The notes beneath the pieces are model-generated. The model was not told the origin of the DNA. It ran no database searches and was given only the letters and a program-made list of their open reading frames with translations. A DNA stretch of 63,825 bases, counting the filler, from Platydemus manokwari (lineage: Eukaryota): assembly GCA_037951405.1 (NCBI GenBank). It is 6 parts of 6 records of this genome, joined end to end, with 100 filler letters (N's around TTAATTAATTAA, not from the genome) between each part and the next. Parts side by side here need not be neighbours in the genome. Positions count along the whole stretch, not along the records: positions 44,768 to 54,425 come from JBBMOY011221320.1; positions 54,526 to 63,825 come from JBBMOY011269984.1; 4 more parts are not named here. One strand, 5' to 3'. Shown here piece after piece: positions 49,949 to 63,825 of the stretch (positions are counted from its first letter, which is position 1; every line of letters starts with the position of its first letter). Both the position numbers and the translations under genes were made by a program.

Positions 49949-52900
49949 TATCAGAGCATGATTTTAGGAATTTCGATGAACAGATAACCATAAGACGTTT
50001 GGAGCCCTTTCTTTCTAAAGAGATATTTCGATAGACCCCTCAAAGAGATTTCACTACCGCTATTATAATGGGAGGGATATAAAGTTTCCTCCGCATATGT
50101 TTGACGACACCTCCAATTTTTCCCCGTCAAATCTTGTTCATCGTATAGATTTATATGGAAAGTTAACCACTCAATAGCATTTTCTAGAGACACTGGTTTT
50201 CTAAATTTCATCCACGTTAATTTTTTTGAAGCTAGAGCTTCAACTTGTATTATAATGAACTATGTTCACAATGGTATTAAACACAAACACATTCTGTTTA
50301 AAAATATTTTTTTAACTATGCTTTGACTATAAAAGCTATAAATGAGAACTAAGTCTCGTCGCTTCTGCTGAATTACCAGCTCAGAATATCCTTTATGTCA
50401 TAAAAACAACTACACTAGTTTCACTATACCATACTACCTTATTAACTTACAGCAACACTGCCTGCAAGATAAAAAAATTTTACCTTGTATTCCAAATCTT
50501 GTTCCAATGGCCAATTACTTTATTTAACCAGAGCATTATTTCAGAAATCAAAACATATAAACGCTCAAAAATTTTCCAACGTGCGAAAATTGTTTTATTT
50601 ATTATTATCCATCGTGTTTCAAATGAATATTTAAAAGAAATTGTATTGTCTGACAAACAAAAAGATATTTATCCACAAATCAGTAATATTATTATTAAAA
50701 TTATGTCGGATTATGAAACCGACAACCTAGCCAACAAATAATCTGATTCCAGGACTACTCCGAGCATTCTTTCACTTGTGATTATTCATTTTTTGTTTTA
50801 ATTGGAGTCTCATAAATGGTAAGTCAATTTGTATTTTACTAATTTATTATTAATAGTTTATATTGCAAGTCTAAGATTAAAATGAGTGCAGACTGACAGC
50901 TAGCTTTGTTTAGAAAGGTATTGAATCTTAATAAACAAAAATTGTTGCTAATATTGAATATGTAACCAGTAACGATGAACCCGCTTTCTCCAAATAAGTT
51001 TTACATTAGTTTAGTTGGCTCAGGTACCAATTAGAACAATCATATATGGTTTTGTAGGAAGATTGCAATATTAATTTTGAGGTCACTGATTCATCAGTGA
51101 TTCACCATAAATTAGGTCAAACCGTTGAATCAGGCTCTTTTTAACAAATACCAAAATAACAGTCTATATTTTGAATTTGAACAAGATTGGGCAGATTATT
51201 TCCTGGTTACTAAATTGTTTGAAAGGAATTTCATTTTATCCTTGACCAAGTTAAGAATAAGTGGCCTATCAATTAATGGATCCAGGAAAATATATTTCTA
51301 CATATGAATTATTTTCATAAAAGTGAACGTAGTCGTCCTTATTTTTCCCAACGATTACTCAAACAAATCTAACATGGAAAGAATAGGAGGAATGTAGATT
51401 GTCATCAACTATTTTGACAGCGGTTTCTTATTTGCTTTGTTATTTTTATACTAATGAGATTTTTGGGAAGAAATTCAGCATATTCGCAAGCCGAGGGGTC
51501 TCAGTAAAGATGTTGAGATATTTGTGTGTTTCCTCACTCAGAGTTGGAATGATATAGGACATTGCAAATTATAAATACTTTTGTTTCCAAAAAGTCATAA
51601 AAACATGTCTGAGAGCGAATCAATAATCCCGGCATTGGGTTTGATGATGGCTAAGAAACTCCAGTAAGGGTTTCCAATGTTGATAGTAGTAAAAACCATC
51701 CAAAAAAAGAAAGAAGTTAATTGTTAATACTTACTACGCGGTGCCTATCATCATTGTAAAAGCCAATAAAGATGATATTTCTTAGGTCTGAGCTTGATTT
51801 AAAGTAAGAACTTAAGAATCATTTATAGTGGGGCACTGTAGTTTTATAGATCGCTCCGGTCAAGGACGTCTTTGGTTTTTAGAAAAGATAAATCATAAAA
51901 GATCATGACAATATATATTATGTTATGATTTACAACAGTTATGTATCAAAATTTCAGGTTTTTTTTCTTAATAAACGATAGTTTTTCAGAAGAACAACAC
52001 CACCACAAAAGGTTTCGCAAATTAGTCATAAAATATTTAATCATTTGGACAACTTGATTAAATTCGTGTAGCAATCAAAAGTTTGGTCTGAAATTTTAAT
52101 CATTCATATGAAATGCGTGGTTTTTGATTTCAACCAATAATAGATTTTGTGGATTATTTTATCATTAGTATCAATAATTCGTTTGTTAACACTTTATTCA
52201 GGTTGGTCTAAGCAGTTAGCTATTCATTTAGATCTAAGTAGTCTTCATAATTTCTCTTAAGTTGAATTGTTAGGATCCCAATAGTATTAATGGTATAACA
52301 TTATTGTTGTTTTCTGTTAATCAATTATTCCAACCTTAACCTTTTTACTTTTGATTTGATAGCATTTATTTCATTTTATTTTCATTTGGTAATTGAAATA
52401 AAGTTTAAAAATAAACATTTTGTTACGATCCGAAATTTAATTCGTTTACTACCAAAGAAAGTATATCAACAATGTGGAAACTATTTCTTTGGAATTAACA
52501 ACCAATACTGTTAATAAAGAGAAAAACATAAAACAAGTACGTAAGCATTACCTGCAGTTAGTGAGGAGTCAGATAGACTACATAATGTTGAAGTTATCGA
52601 ATTTTTCTGATCGGCCAAACGTAGTTGGTATATTTTTAACGGAATTGACTACTAGTTATTGGTGAAATTGAAAAGTAATGATGAAATACATGTATGCAAA
52701 TTAGAAATTTTCAATCCAACATGATCTGAAAATAATTGAAATGTGTTCAAATAATGTAACAATTGAATTGTAATAATTTATCATATACACGATTTCAATT
52801 TATAATATCTTTCAAAAAATCTTAAGCGCGAGTTTTATATTATCAAAATAAGTACACGCACATCTAACATTGAACCATTTAGATTTTATTTTGATATAAA

Positions 52901-55295
52901 ATTGATCATTACGACGTTATTCCATACGTTTAATATCAATTTTTGCAAGTTAATGATCTTATTAACAAACTAAGATATAAATATAAATATATCAGGCCCG
53001 AAAATTGAAGGAATATCAATTATTATGGAAAAACTTTCTATACGACGAAATATTTCACAGCTTAACAACATATAAAAAAATTTGATTCAAATTATAATTG
53101 ATAACAAAGTTACATTAAATTCCAAACAAAATATCGATGAAAATATTATAAATTGTTCTAATTATACCATCAACTATAAATTTTAAAAACATGACATTCG
53201 AGAGAATTACTGAAATAAATCTTGAGATTATACATACCTTCACATTTTTTCCCTTATTCTTTGATGAGTCAATCAAAAAATAACTACTCCTGAAATTTTA
53301 TTTTATCACTTTTCAGAGTTTCATATCACACATTTTATTTGAAAAAACTAAATTTGATCACATTAAAGTATGGGAAAATATTGACAAAGAAATCACATGT
53401 TATTTTAGTGTTGTCATATGAGACATTTAAACAAAAGAATATTTTTTTATAACTTCTCTTAAATAATTTTATGATCGTAAATTTCCAAGTGCTTCACCAA
53501 AATTCCATCTGGAAATTTAAAATGAATCTTAAATTAACTGGATCTCAAAACTCTTTTAATAATATTTCATTTTATTTTTTTATGTGTTCCGTTTAACCTG
53601 ACTCTAATACCTTTGTTTTAAATTTTTATTTGATTTCATTAATTTTAATAAAATAAATCAAAATTGATGGTTTATTTACCGTTACAAATTATATAAAATA
53701 TGAACTATATTATTTTTTGCATAGCCAATAATTTCATTTACACTTCATGTGTGCTAGTTCAGTTGTGTTATTGTTGTGTTATTATACGCTTCCTCAGTTA
53801 TTATTGAAATCTTTGGATATGCTATCTTCGGACTTTACTCTAATGACAACAGTTTCTGCTTTTAGCATCTTTCTTCAAAAATAAGGTTTGTTCTTTGTGG
53901 TTTTTTATAATGGAAGCTGATTTATTTATTTTTAACACTATTTATATAATCTCAGGTTTAGGTTCACTTATCATTTATCGTTTTACAATATCTTTTGATG
54001 TCGGGTGATTATTATTTATCCTCAGTGGTTAACGATTTTTCAATTAGGTACTAAATATTATTGCTACAATTCATTTAATATTTACATAAAATAGAATTGT
54101 TGAATATAGAAATACCTTCGAATGATAATAAAAAATATTTTTTCAAATCCAGGCTCTCCCAAATATAGAAACCATGAATGTAAATATAAATAGAATTTAT
54201 AAATTCTAAAAATAGACATAATAATTTAATAAGCATATAAATAGATTGATAAGTCGTAGGATGCTAAAAATAACATTAAAAAAAATACAATAATAACCAA
54301 AGATCGGGATAGCTTAAAAAGGGAAATATGATAGTATTTAAGAAAAGCATGACACATAACAACGTTTAGAGATAATACTCCTTAATAATCCCATAATTAT
54401 TTCAGTTAAAACAGCTGATTACTGTNNNNNNNNNNNNNNNNNNNNNNNNNNNNNNNNNNNNNNNNNNNNTTAATTAATTAANNNNNNNNNNNNNNNNNNN
54501 NNNNNNNNNNNNNNNNNNNNNNNNNATTAATTAATTAAAGATTGTCGTCAAACATTGTAATATCGAACTCATACCAGGAGACTGTATATTATCATATTAT
54601 AGTAATTTTATTGAACATTGTCTCTGTAACGTATAATATCAATTATTTGAATCGTCAGCCATTGTGTTATCATAAATTATTAGCAAGTTTTTATAACCGC
54701 TTCATTATTTTTAGGCCCAGAGCAACTCAGTTTCCTATGTGTCCAATTATTAATTTAAAATCAAATTATTTTCCAGCAGCTTGGTCATCATACCAGTTGC
54801 TGAAGCCCCTAGAACCAGTATAAAAATCAATCGCCAACACTCAAAAAAACCCTTTCATTTAATAAATATACAAAGTGAATTTATTTTTTGAGATAACTGA
54901 TCGGTGTCGATGTGTTGATCTGATTATTCAATTTTGATTGATTACATTGGTTTTGCAATTTTTTCGCGATGATCTTGGTTTGTCGTGGCTATTGTACCTT
55001 GAGTGGGTTTTGAATGTTGCGCGTTTTTAATGTATGAGCAGTGATGCTTATATACCGCCACTTTCTTGTCTATCACTTCAACTATCAATATATTTTCTTT
55101 GAATTTGCAGCGTAATTATTTACTTACTATTTTTTTGTTAATAAGTTAGAATTGTTTATTCATCTTAACATATTCCTGTCTTCATTTTTTCTATCTTTTT
55201 TCTCTGGTTAGTTTTGTCATTTTAACATTCCTTTCTTAATTAATTTTTATATAATTTTCATTATCGTTATGTAATCCTTATTAATAATAATATTT

Positions 55296-55924
55296 TGTGA
55301 GGTATTTTAAATGAAATAAATTTTTAATTCATATTTAATTATAATTTTCTATAAAATCATATTTATATAAAATTAAATTTATTTGTTAAAATATTTGTAT
55401 TTAAATAGATTTTTGGTATCTTGACTTTTCAGTTCGTTTTTAATGAGTGGTTTTTTAAACAGTAGCGGTTAACATGGCTGCCACATATCTGTTTTCGATT
55501 ATGAAAAATCAAAGACAGAAAAGAAGGAGGAAAGTACTGTGACTATATTGAGAACATAATAAGAAGATATAAGGTATATATATAGAGATAGATAGATAGA
55601 TAAGTTGTAGAAGAGATAAAAAGGGGATATATAAGAAGATACAGTGGAGATGTAAAAGAAGATATTAAAAGATAAAAGAATTAGAGTTTTCATGAAATAA
55701 AATGTATAGAGTATTCGATACAGAGACAATTAACCAAATCAAAGATTTTAAAGCAAGTGAGATGTGAGAAATTTTAAATAAATTAAATTTTTAATTCAAA
55801 TTTAATTCATATTTATATAAAATTAAACTTATTTGTTTAAATATTTGTATTGAAATAAATTTTTGGTGTCTTTGATTTTAAGTTCGTTTTTAATGTGGGG
55901 TTTTTAAAATAGTAGCTGCTAACA
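55296..55924 (+). mobile_element. Complete TRIM-like element (LTRs 55296-55474 and 55763-55924)
   Basis: Two TG...CA direct repeats of 179 and 162 bp. TGGCTGCC (PBS-like) follows the 5' LTR directly. About 290 bp purine-rich non-coding interior. Confidence 0.75.
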
Positions 55925-58900
55925 ATATTATTAATTTATTGATATTATTATTTATTGTTCCTTAATCGTTACTTTATGAATCTTCTTCATTTAATCTTCT
56001 AGATTATATTTTCAAGATATTCTAGATTTACGATTATGGTTTATGCGCATACAACTACAAGCAAATGGTCTATTTATTCCCTTGAAATATAAAATTAAAC
56101 AATTCATTCACATTCAAATGTTTTAGACAAACACAAAGGTTATATACAATAACGATACATATATCATGTAAAGGCAAAAATATTTACTGATCGATAAACT
56201 AATGTCTATGCTCACATAAAGACAAGAATAGTTATAAGTTAATCATATTGATCAACCTTAAACTTCTACTTTCAAGGCTTGAAGTTTGTTTGCCTACAAA
56301 CCTTGGATAAGAATAATTTGGAAAATGCATAAATTTTCTGACAGGTATTGGTTGGATTAAATGATTATGATTGATTGCACATTACCAAACCTAATTTTGA
56401 AAGAGAAGTCACTTTAAAAGGATTTATTCAGTTATAATTACTTACTCAGATGTGTTCCTCCAAAAAGAGATGATCGGCAAACAAAAATTGATATCGTCTC
56501 TTGGTAAATCTAAATGAACTGGTCACATTATCCTATACACGTCACCTTTACCTACATATTTAACCCACTTTAATAACCTTAACCACAATTTTAATTCAGC
56601 GATTAATGCACATTAAATTATATTTTTAACCAATTATAAGCATCGTTGATCCAGCAAAATTATATCATAAAATCTCTACATTTTTAATTAATGATATAAA
56701 AAACAATCGAGAAAAAGTTTATAACGTCCAAATTATCTCAAGGTTTTATAACAACATAGATACAGAGTCTTTGAAATCAATCTAGTTTGGTCTTAGAATG
56801 TTTTTGAGTGTTTGGTCCTCGTAAAAGTGTAAATTAAGTCAAGCACCAATCCAATTCAGTTCATGCCAATTTTGAAATATGATTCCCACACTCTGATATT
56901 GGGGCTGTCATATCTACAATTTAAAAAATAAAGAAATATGTACCGTTCTGGAAAGATTTTTAATCTCAAGTTTATTTAAGTTTAAGAGAGAGATGTTGGA
57001 TATATTAATTCGGCAATATATGAGAAACATTTAAAAAGGATAGCTTAAAGTTTGGATTAGTCAATAAATAATTAAATAACCAGGGTGTTGGAAAGGTAAA
57101 TTATTCTCCATTCAGTTCTTGGTTTGGTATTTTCAGAGTTTTTGTAAAAAAGTATCTTTATAAAATGAAACTTTATAAGGAGAATGTGGGTTCATTTACG
57201 TTCCGGCGGTAACTGGTAATATTGAAAAGTACTTCAATCTGTCTAATCGTTTCATAGAACCCCAGTGTGATATTGATGACATCATAATCGAAACAGTACA
57301 TCTCAGTAAGTCCACATATGTATACATAAACATTATACTTGTCACTTCTTTGTTGTCACGCTGCCTCACAATTTAATGTGACTGTCATTGCAAGTTAGCT
57401 TGTTTATTGTCGTCAATAAGTTTGAAAATCATTGTAAACAAAAATATTTGTGGTGTCCACTGTTTCCTTTCAATTGTTTGTATAATGGAACATGCCAATC
57501 ATTGCCAATCATTAAACTATTTCAAAAAATGGTATCTCAAAAACATTTAATGATGCATAATCAATTAGATGTACAGACTCTACTGTTCACATTCTATCGC
57601 AATGAAACAATCGAGGAAACAAAAGGAATTCAACTCTTTTGGGATCTTGAGTATCCTCCAGGATCAATTTATATGATTAATTTATTAATTCCAATGTTGT
57701 TCATATCTTCAATATACAATGAAAAGAAGAGGAAATAAATGTGAGCATTATTATTAAAATTATTGAAAATTTCCTTCCAATCGTGAAAAGTACTTTTTGT
57801 TTCAAATGATTTTGGTTCTGATGTTTTGATTTACTTAATAAGAGTTATTTATTTATTATAATAATATTTATTTATAATAATTATCATCCAATTATTATAA
57901 TTTAATAATATTAACCAATTGACTTTATGAGATTAAGATGACCTTGACAGAGTTCATGGAAAATTAATAATCTTGTATGATTGTTCGATAGACTAGTTTC
58001 GTAGCCGTTTATATTTGCATTACCTAATGGATGTTTGGAATTCAAAGATTAGTAATTCGCTCACTCGTTTATTCAACTCATAGATCAAGTTATCCAATCT
58101 TAATCTTAATTATTCCAGACTCTGAGTAACACTTATAATTCAGATTTCATATCAGCAAATAACACACCGCCACCCATTATGGATAATTCATTTGATTTAG
58201 TTTCAGATTTTCAGATTGATTTTATACACAGCTTCTTGTTTTATGATAACGATGACATAAAAAACAATAGAATGATACACATAACGAGTGTTATAAATTA
58301 TTGGCAACTTGTGCGAACAATTACAATACCTTTGTGGATATTTTCTAGACCTGTATATTACGAAGAAGTTAATTTCGTTGGAAGATTATTTAGACGAAAT
58401 TTGAAAAAATTCTATACGGATAAGTTTACATTAATATGTACCTAACTTCCTTCCACCGAGTAGAACAAATCAAAAGAATACTTTTGATGATGACGCTTAT
58501 CAATTTCGATGGTAAAGTGACATAGCGAATACAGCATTAAAATATAATATATCTCAGTTTACACCAAATTAGTTTCACACGAAATTTTAGATTGAACGAA
58601 ATTTCAAGAATAAGATCAAATGGCAAAGGATTCTGCACCCAAAACGTGACAAATAGTTTCTTTGGCATGTTATCGACCAAAAAGAGTAGCAGTGCTTTGT
58701 ATAGTTACCGTGGGAATTTTAACGATATTTGAAAGTCCTCTGTGTAACGGTTTCCATTAGCTCTTCGTGGTTTTGGGTTGATTTGTTGAATTTTCTACTA
58801 TCTTCAGTCGGTATGTTTTAGTCTTTAACCCGTTTCTATATTTGTGTATGACCTTTATGTGCTTAAAATTCAAAAGGTTTTTTAGTAGTTCGACGTTACC

Positions 58901-60299
58901 AAAGGTTATTAATTTTCTTTACACTTTCCCTACTACATGTAGACTAATCATATAATCCCCATAATTTATGTCGCGTATTTGAATAGTGACTATCCTATTT
59001 CTATTCTTACTAACTAGCTATTAATCTACTTTCATTCAATACTAAGCATGATTTAAAGAACTAAGTTATTTAATATTAATTCTTTACGGCACTCTGAACA
59101 TCTTCTAAAATTTATAAAAAAATAATATCAACATAATAATAATATTTAGAAATAATATAATAAAAATAATTAAGTCATGAAACTTTCCATTATATCACTG
59201 AGATTCATTGGAGAAGAGGGTTTAAAAACGAATGTGCGAAACTTAAAAGAGTTTTGAGTAAAGAACCCGGAAATTATGGAAATTATAAATTATAAATACA
59301 TAATAAACACCGAATTTCTTAAATATAAAAATAAAATTTAAATAATAAAACAAAAATGAGAATCAATTAAAAATCAACAAAAAAATCTGAAATAAAAAGA
59401 TTATCAAAAATTTTCGCTACGTGAACTAAAGTAAAATAGTATTGAATGAATGAAAATGGATTTATTTATCGCGTGAATAACGTATTTTTGTAGTAGTATT
59501 GGAATTGTTTTTGATTTTTCAAGCACACCATGATGGTTATCTTTTATATAAGACTGTACCAAAACCTCGTTATGCCCTTTTCTTGTGAAAATAACGCAAT
59601 AAAAATTAAATAATAGAATTAGGCAAATCAATGACCAAATTTTAACTACTGCATTAATTTTACTTATATTGATTGATTCTAATATTGGCTAGACAATGAT
59701 ATTTTTGTTGGTACAATGCCTCTCATAGTTCTAAATTAGCTTCAGGATTTAAAAGCAGTTAAATCTAAATTTTGCGCAGCCACAAATTGTCGATAATTTT
59801 ATGAAATATGTTCTTAACTTAAATTGTTATGTTGAACTTTTAATTGGATTGTATTCAAATTAAAGATTTATGACAAAATCAATTTATTGATAATTTATTA
59901 AATTATAACCTTTAGTTGATTGAAAAACCAGGCTAAAGAATTTGATTATAAAATTTGAAGATTGCAACTATTCTATGAATAACATATAGCTCAAAATAAT
60001 AAGCGTAATTTATTAAGTAAATGAGCTTTTTTAGGATCAATCCGCTATTTCTTTGAGATGAATTTACTGAGTCTATATGTCGGTCTATATGATTCACTTT
60101 ACTGGTAAGTGACTCCGCTGGCCATGCCAACATTTATAGTTATCTCATGCTATTCAAACATCACAGTCACAACTTACTCCTTCTTCAAAAACATTTCCTT
60201 GAGTCACTACCACTATTTTCATTATTTTTATTAAATTTGAATCACTACTTTTTGAAATATTTTTATTATTTATTATGATTGAGTTGAGGTGGAATCAAT

Positions 60300-60790
60300 A
60301 TCTTGTGGAGAGTTAATATGCACTGCTATTTCGGTTATATATAAATGCTTAATACTGTGGTCCTTTGAACGTTTTAGCTAGGACATCGATAGTCGATAGA
60401 AAGAGTCAAAATAGTTCGAACAACATCAACGAATTTATTATTACTTCCTTTCTTGACAATCTACGAACTAAGTGGTTTTAGTGCTGGGACTATTAATCCT
60501 CAATAAACTAACTTTATTACCTACCTTATATCTCATTTCACGTACTTACTTGAGAGCTTAATTTATTTTAGTAAAGAACAACAAAATAAACAAACTAAAC
60601 CAATCATTCTATCGTATAAATTTATCTCCACTCTATCTAAACTTTGAAGCAGCATTTTTAATTCGTGTGCGCAGAAATGTAATTCAAGAAGAATTAAATT
60701 GGATTAACTCGTCTAACGTCTATTTCCAACCCACTTTGCTTTCTCTGCCAATGATCCGAAATACAATGGCATAAATGATCAAAATGAAAA
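60300..60790 (-). mobile_element. Possible hAT transposase relic
   Basis: Minus-strand LHFCAHELKMLLQ resembles the hAT C-x-x-H-x-L-x-L motif; otherwise heavily eroded. Confidence 0.3.
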
Positions 60791-62289
60791 TAAAAGATTT
60801 TTAATGAATTTTTATGAATTTTTACTGTTAAGAAAATAAAATATAACTCTGACAGAATAATTTTTTTCAATTTTTCCCGTTTACAAAGTTAAGTTTAAAT
60901 TTATTTTTTGAAATTATTCTGATGCAAACCAACAATAAGAATCAACGCTTTCGGTTTTGTAAAGTGAGATGTAATAATGAACGTAATTTCATGTAATAAA
61001 ACAAAATTAGATAAGTGGATGTATTTTATAAAGCTATATAGTAAACTAAGATTATTTCTTTGCTATCTCTACATTAAACTTTAGGCATTACCAAAGTACA
61101 AGAGGATACAATATGATAATTTCCATATTATACTTGAAAAATATTAGATTTAATTACAATTGGTCATTTCTGTAGAACTCGATATTAATGAAATCCTCTA
61201 CTGTTCATGAGAGTAAACTTAATAAACTATATTTATATTGTGGAAACAAATGAATTGTATACTAATAAGAAGAGTTTAACAATATTTGAATCCGAAATTT
61301 GTACAGAAAGTCGGATATTAGACAAGACCAAAAATTGTAATCAAAAACCAGAGATATAAAATTAAAACGAGATACCAAATATTTGAATGTGAGCATGGAT
61401 AAATATCGATGAGATAGATATGGTTTAAACTCTTCAAATAATTTTTATTGCCTTTTCCATTTTCTTCCAGGTATGAATTGTTCGATTCATAAATTAACGA
61501 TCACTTCATCATCTCACAGATTTTTCATTGAGATTTAATTAAGTGATGCTGAATTTTAATTGAGACACTTAACAGTATTTGACAATTTTCTCAATTTTCG
61601 AATAATTTGCTCTTGGTTTGAAAATCATTAAAATTGAATTAAAATTTGGGCTTAAGTTAATAAAAGGGGTCCTTTGACCTACTTTCTTAATAATTAATTT
61701 TTGCGCATGAGATAATTTTATAAATTAATTTTATACATAAATGCGGTGTTTCATTAATTCGTATAATTCAGTTAATATAAAATAGCTTTTAAACCAAGTT
61801 CCCATTCTAATCACAACGCCTCTATATGATTATTTGAGTTTTTAAATATAAATTTTTTTAATTATAAATTTTGTTAGTTAATTACAGATATGTTTAAAAA
61901 TGTCATTGCTAATTTTTATAAAATAATTGTAAAAATCTAGAGTATCTCTCAATTTGATTCTAATGTTAAAAAGGATGTCCTTGCTAATTTTCAATAAATT
62001 GTAATTCGACCTACTTTGATTTAATCAATCTTTCTAATAATCAAATTTTAGGAGATTCTGAAGTTCTAGTCTATTTAAATTTTATTTCAAACATCTAAAA
62101 TTCTTCTTATGAACTTAAAAATAAAAAATTCAAAATAGTTATAAAGAATGTCATTATAAAAACTATATAGATATTTGCAATACACTCAACAATTTTAATA
62201 TTTTATTTTAGGGCCCCTTTTCTTAACTTAAGCAAAAATTTTCTAATTATTATTCGATAATCAATAATTTCAAATATTAATGAAATTAA

Positions 62290-62720
62290 TAACATTACTT
62301 GGAAATCATATTGGAATAAACTTTCCAAAAAATAAATGGAAAGCTATGTAAAAACTCTTCTCGAATGAGTGGTGTTCTGAAAATATTGATATGGATTTGT
62401 CGATTGCCAACCGAGGTCATTGACGCCATTTGACAATGTTTCCATGCATAATTGATAAATCGAAACAATGTCCATTTTATTATCGACGAGTCATTCATTT
62501 TCATAAATAGTCGTTGAAACTGAACGATTTAATTTATAGTCGTTGTGAATTCTCACAGGAATCGACATGTTTGAGAAGCGTGTTACAGTCCGTAAGGAAT
62601 AATTGACGATGATTCCTGCTTACCTAGATGTATTGAATAATGTAAATCTGTCGCCCTGCGCAAATACTTTAATTCGGCAATTCTAGGGCAATATTTGCTT
62701 TATGGAGATTTTATGATTGC
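62290..62720 (-). mobile_element. Ty3/gypsy integrase relic
   Basis: LHYSIHLGK...KHVDSCENSQR (eroded HHCC domain) followed by RQIHINIFRTP (cf. RIHIDI.GP). Frameshifted. Confidence 0.5.
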
Positions 62721-63825
62721 TGGTATTTAAATTTACAAAATTAATAATAACTCAGACTAGAAATTTAACAAAGAATAGCGAGAGTATTAATTTGTATACA
62801 TATATATATACAAGAAAATTTTATATTTGAAAGTTTTATGTCTAAGAAATGGATGAAGAGTATGTTTCAAACATTCATTGAAATTGAAATGCTATTGATG
62901 TAATATATGGAATTTAAATCCCGATTAAATTTTGATAAAATTCGACTGCCAGTCTTCCTTGGTCAGTAAATTCTGAATCTATTGTAATTCGTTTTGAATC
63001 TAACCACCAGACTTTTATGGTCGATAATTTATTTTGATGTTTTATCTTTCGAGCGCTGATGCCAATGTGATCTGATAATTGATCTCGGTAATTAGTGATT
63101 TTTGCTTGCGATTTTGAAAGTAAAAAATATACGATTTGGGTTTAAGTATAGAAATTGTAAGATCAACAATTATACCTTCGAATATTTAGCGTTACTTCAA
63201 TATCGCACAACCTCAATTATCAATAAAAATAATAATCAATTTCGAATCAGGAACTATGTTCCTCTGAAACTACCGTTTTAGAAACACTCTGTCGCATATG
63301 TGGTCACTACTGTTAGCTCTACTCTAATCAGACAATAGGACCAGTGCGATCGCATCTCTTGCATTACAATAAATTCTCACAACTAATAATTAATCTAACT
63401 GATATAAAAGCATAATTTGTTACCTTAGTTTTTCTTCGTGGTAAAATTGCAAATACCGTAACATTGCTAAAGTATTTTTAACAATTTTTCATACAGTTTA
63501 AAAATGTGAATCCAGACACAAATGATTCGAAATCATTCACATAAGCAAAATTTTTATTTGTTTACTCTAAATTCTAAAAGAATTATTGCGTAATCATTTA
63601 TTTATTTATTATCAATTCTCTGCCTTTTTCTCGTGCCACAAGACTCAAAAACCATTCACATTTTATAAGTAATTATAATGACAAATAAAATCGCTTTTTT
63701 TATTATTGTTATATTATTATTTAACTTTTACTTAGGTGACTGTTGTTCAATTTCTTTACCGAGTAAATGAAGTTTGTTATTTGGATATATAGTTATATAT
63801 ACCATTTACTTCATTTTTAGGATTA

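Noticed and set aside
48450-52000. Faint retroelement-like residues outside the hAT MITE (e.g. YYAVPIIIVK at about 51735; 48450-48980; 50750-51400)
   Set aside because: Too eroded to assign a family or boundaries by eye.
1-63825. CRISPR arrays, tRNA genes, prokaryotic operons or defence systems
   Set aside because: No repeat-spacer arrays or cloverleafs were recognised, and the genes are spliceosomal and eukaryotic.

Overview
AT-rich eukaryotic (metazoan-like) genomic DNA with short GT-AG introns (about 40-65 nt). It is built from six blocks joined by artificial 100-bp spacers (N44-TTAATTAATTAA-N44), so adjacency across spacers is not established. Host genes reconstructed by eye: MDH1B (+), centrin CETN1/2-type (+), a highly divergent POU-homeobox gene (-), a tensin-type SH2 adaptor (+) and DNAJC21/Jjj1 (-). 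Intergenic DNA holds a decayed 28S rRNA 3' fragment, pogo- and hAT-type MITEs, a multi-copy TRIM-like family and several Ty3/gypsy relics. Main points of interest: (1) two tandem hammerhead ribozymes whose predicted cleavage sites are 125 nt apart (8256-8439); (2) an uninterrupted CRESS/geminivirus-type Rep ORF (HUH + SF3 helicase) with no start ATG and no capsid gene (47047-48045); (3) a short sequence block shared upstream of both loci, suggesting by inference one Rep + ribozyme mobile-element family reminiscent of Terminon/Penelope-like elements; (4) a GC-rich, strongly self-complementary island 2 kb upstream of Rep; (5) a relic of a large-DNA-virus-type HNH/EndoVII gene. All calls are from manual reading; no searches or folding programs were run.
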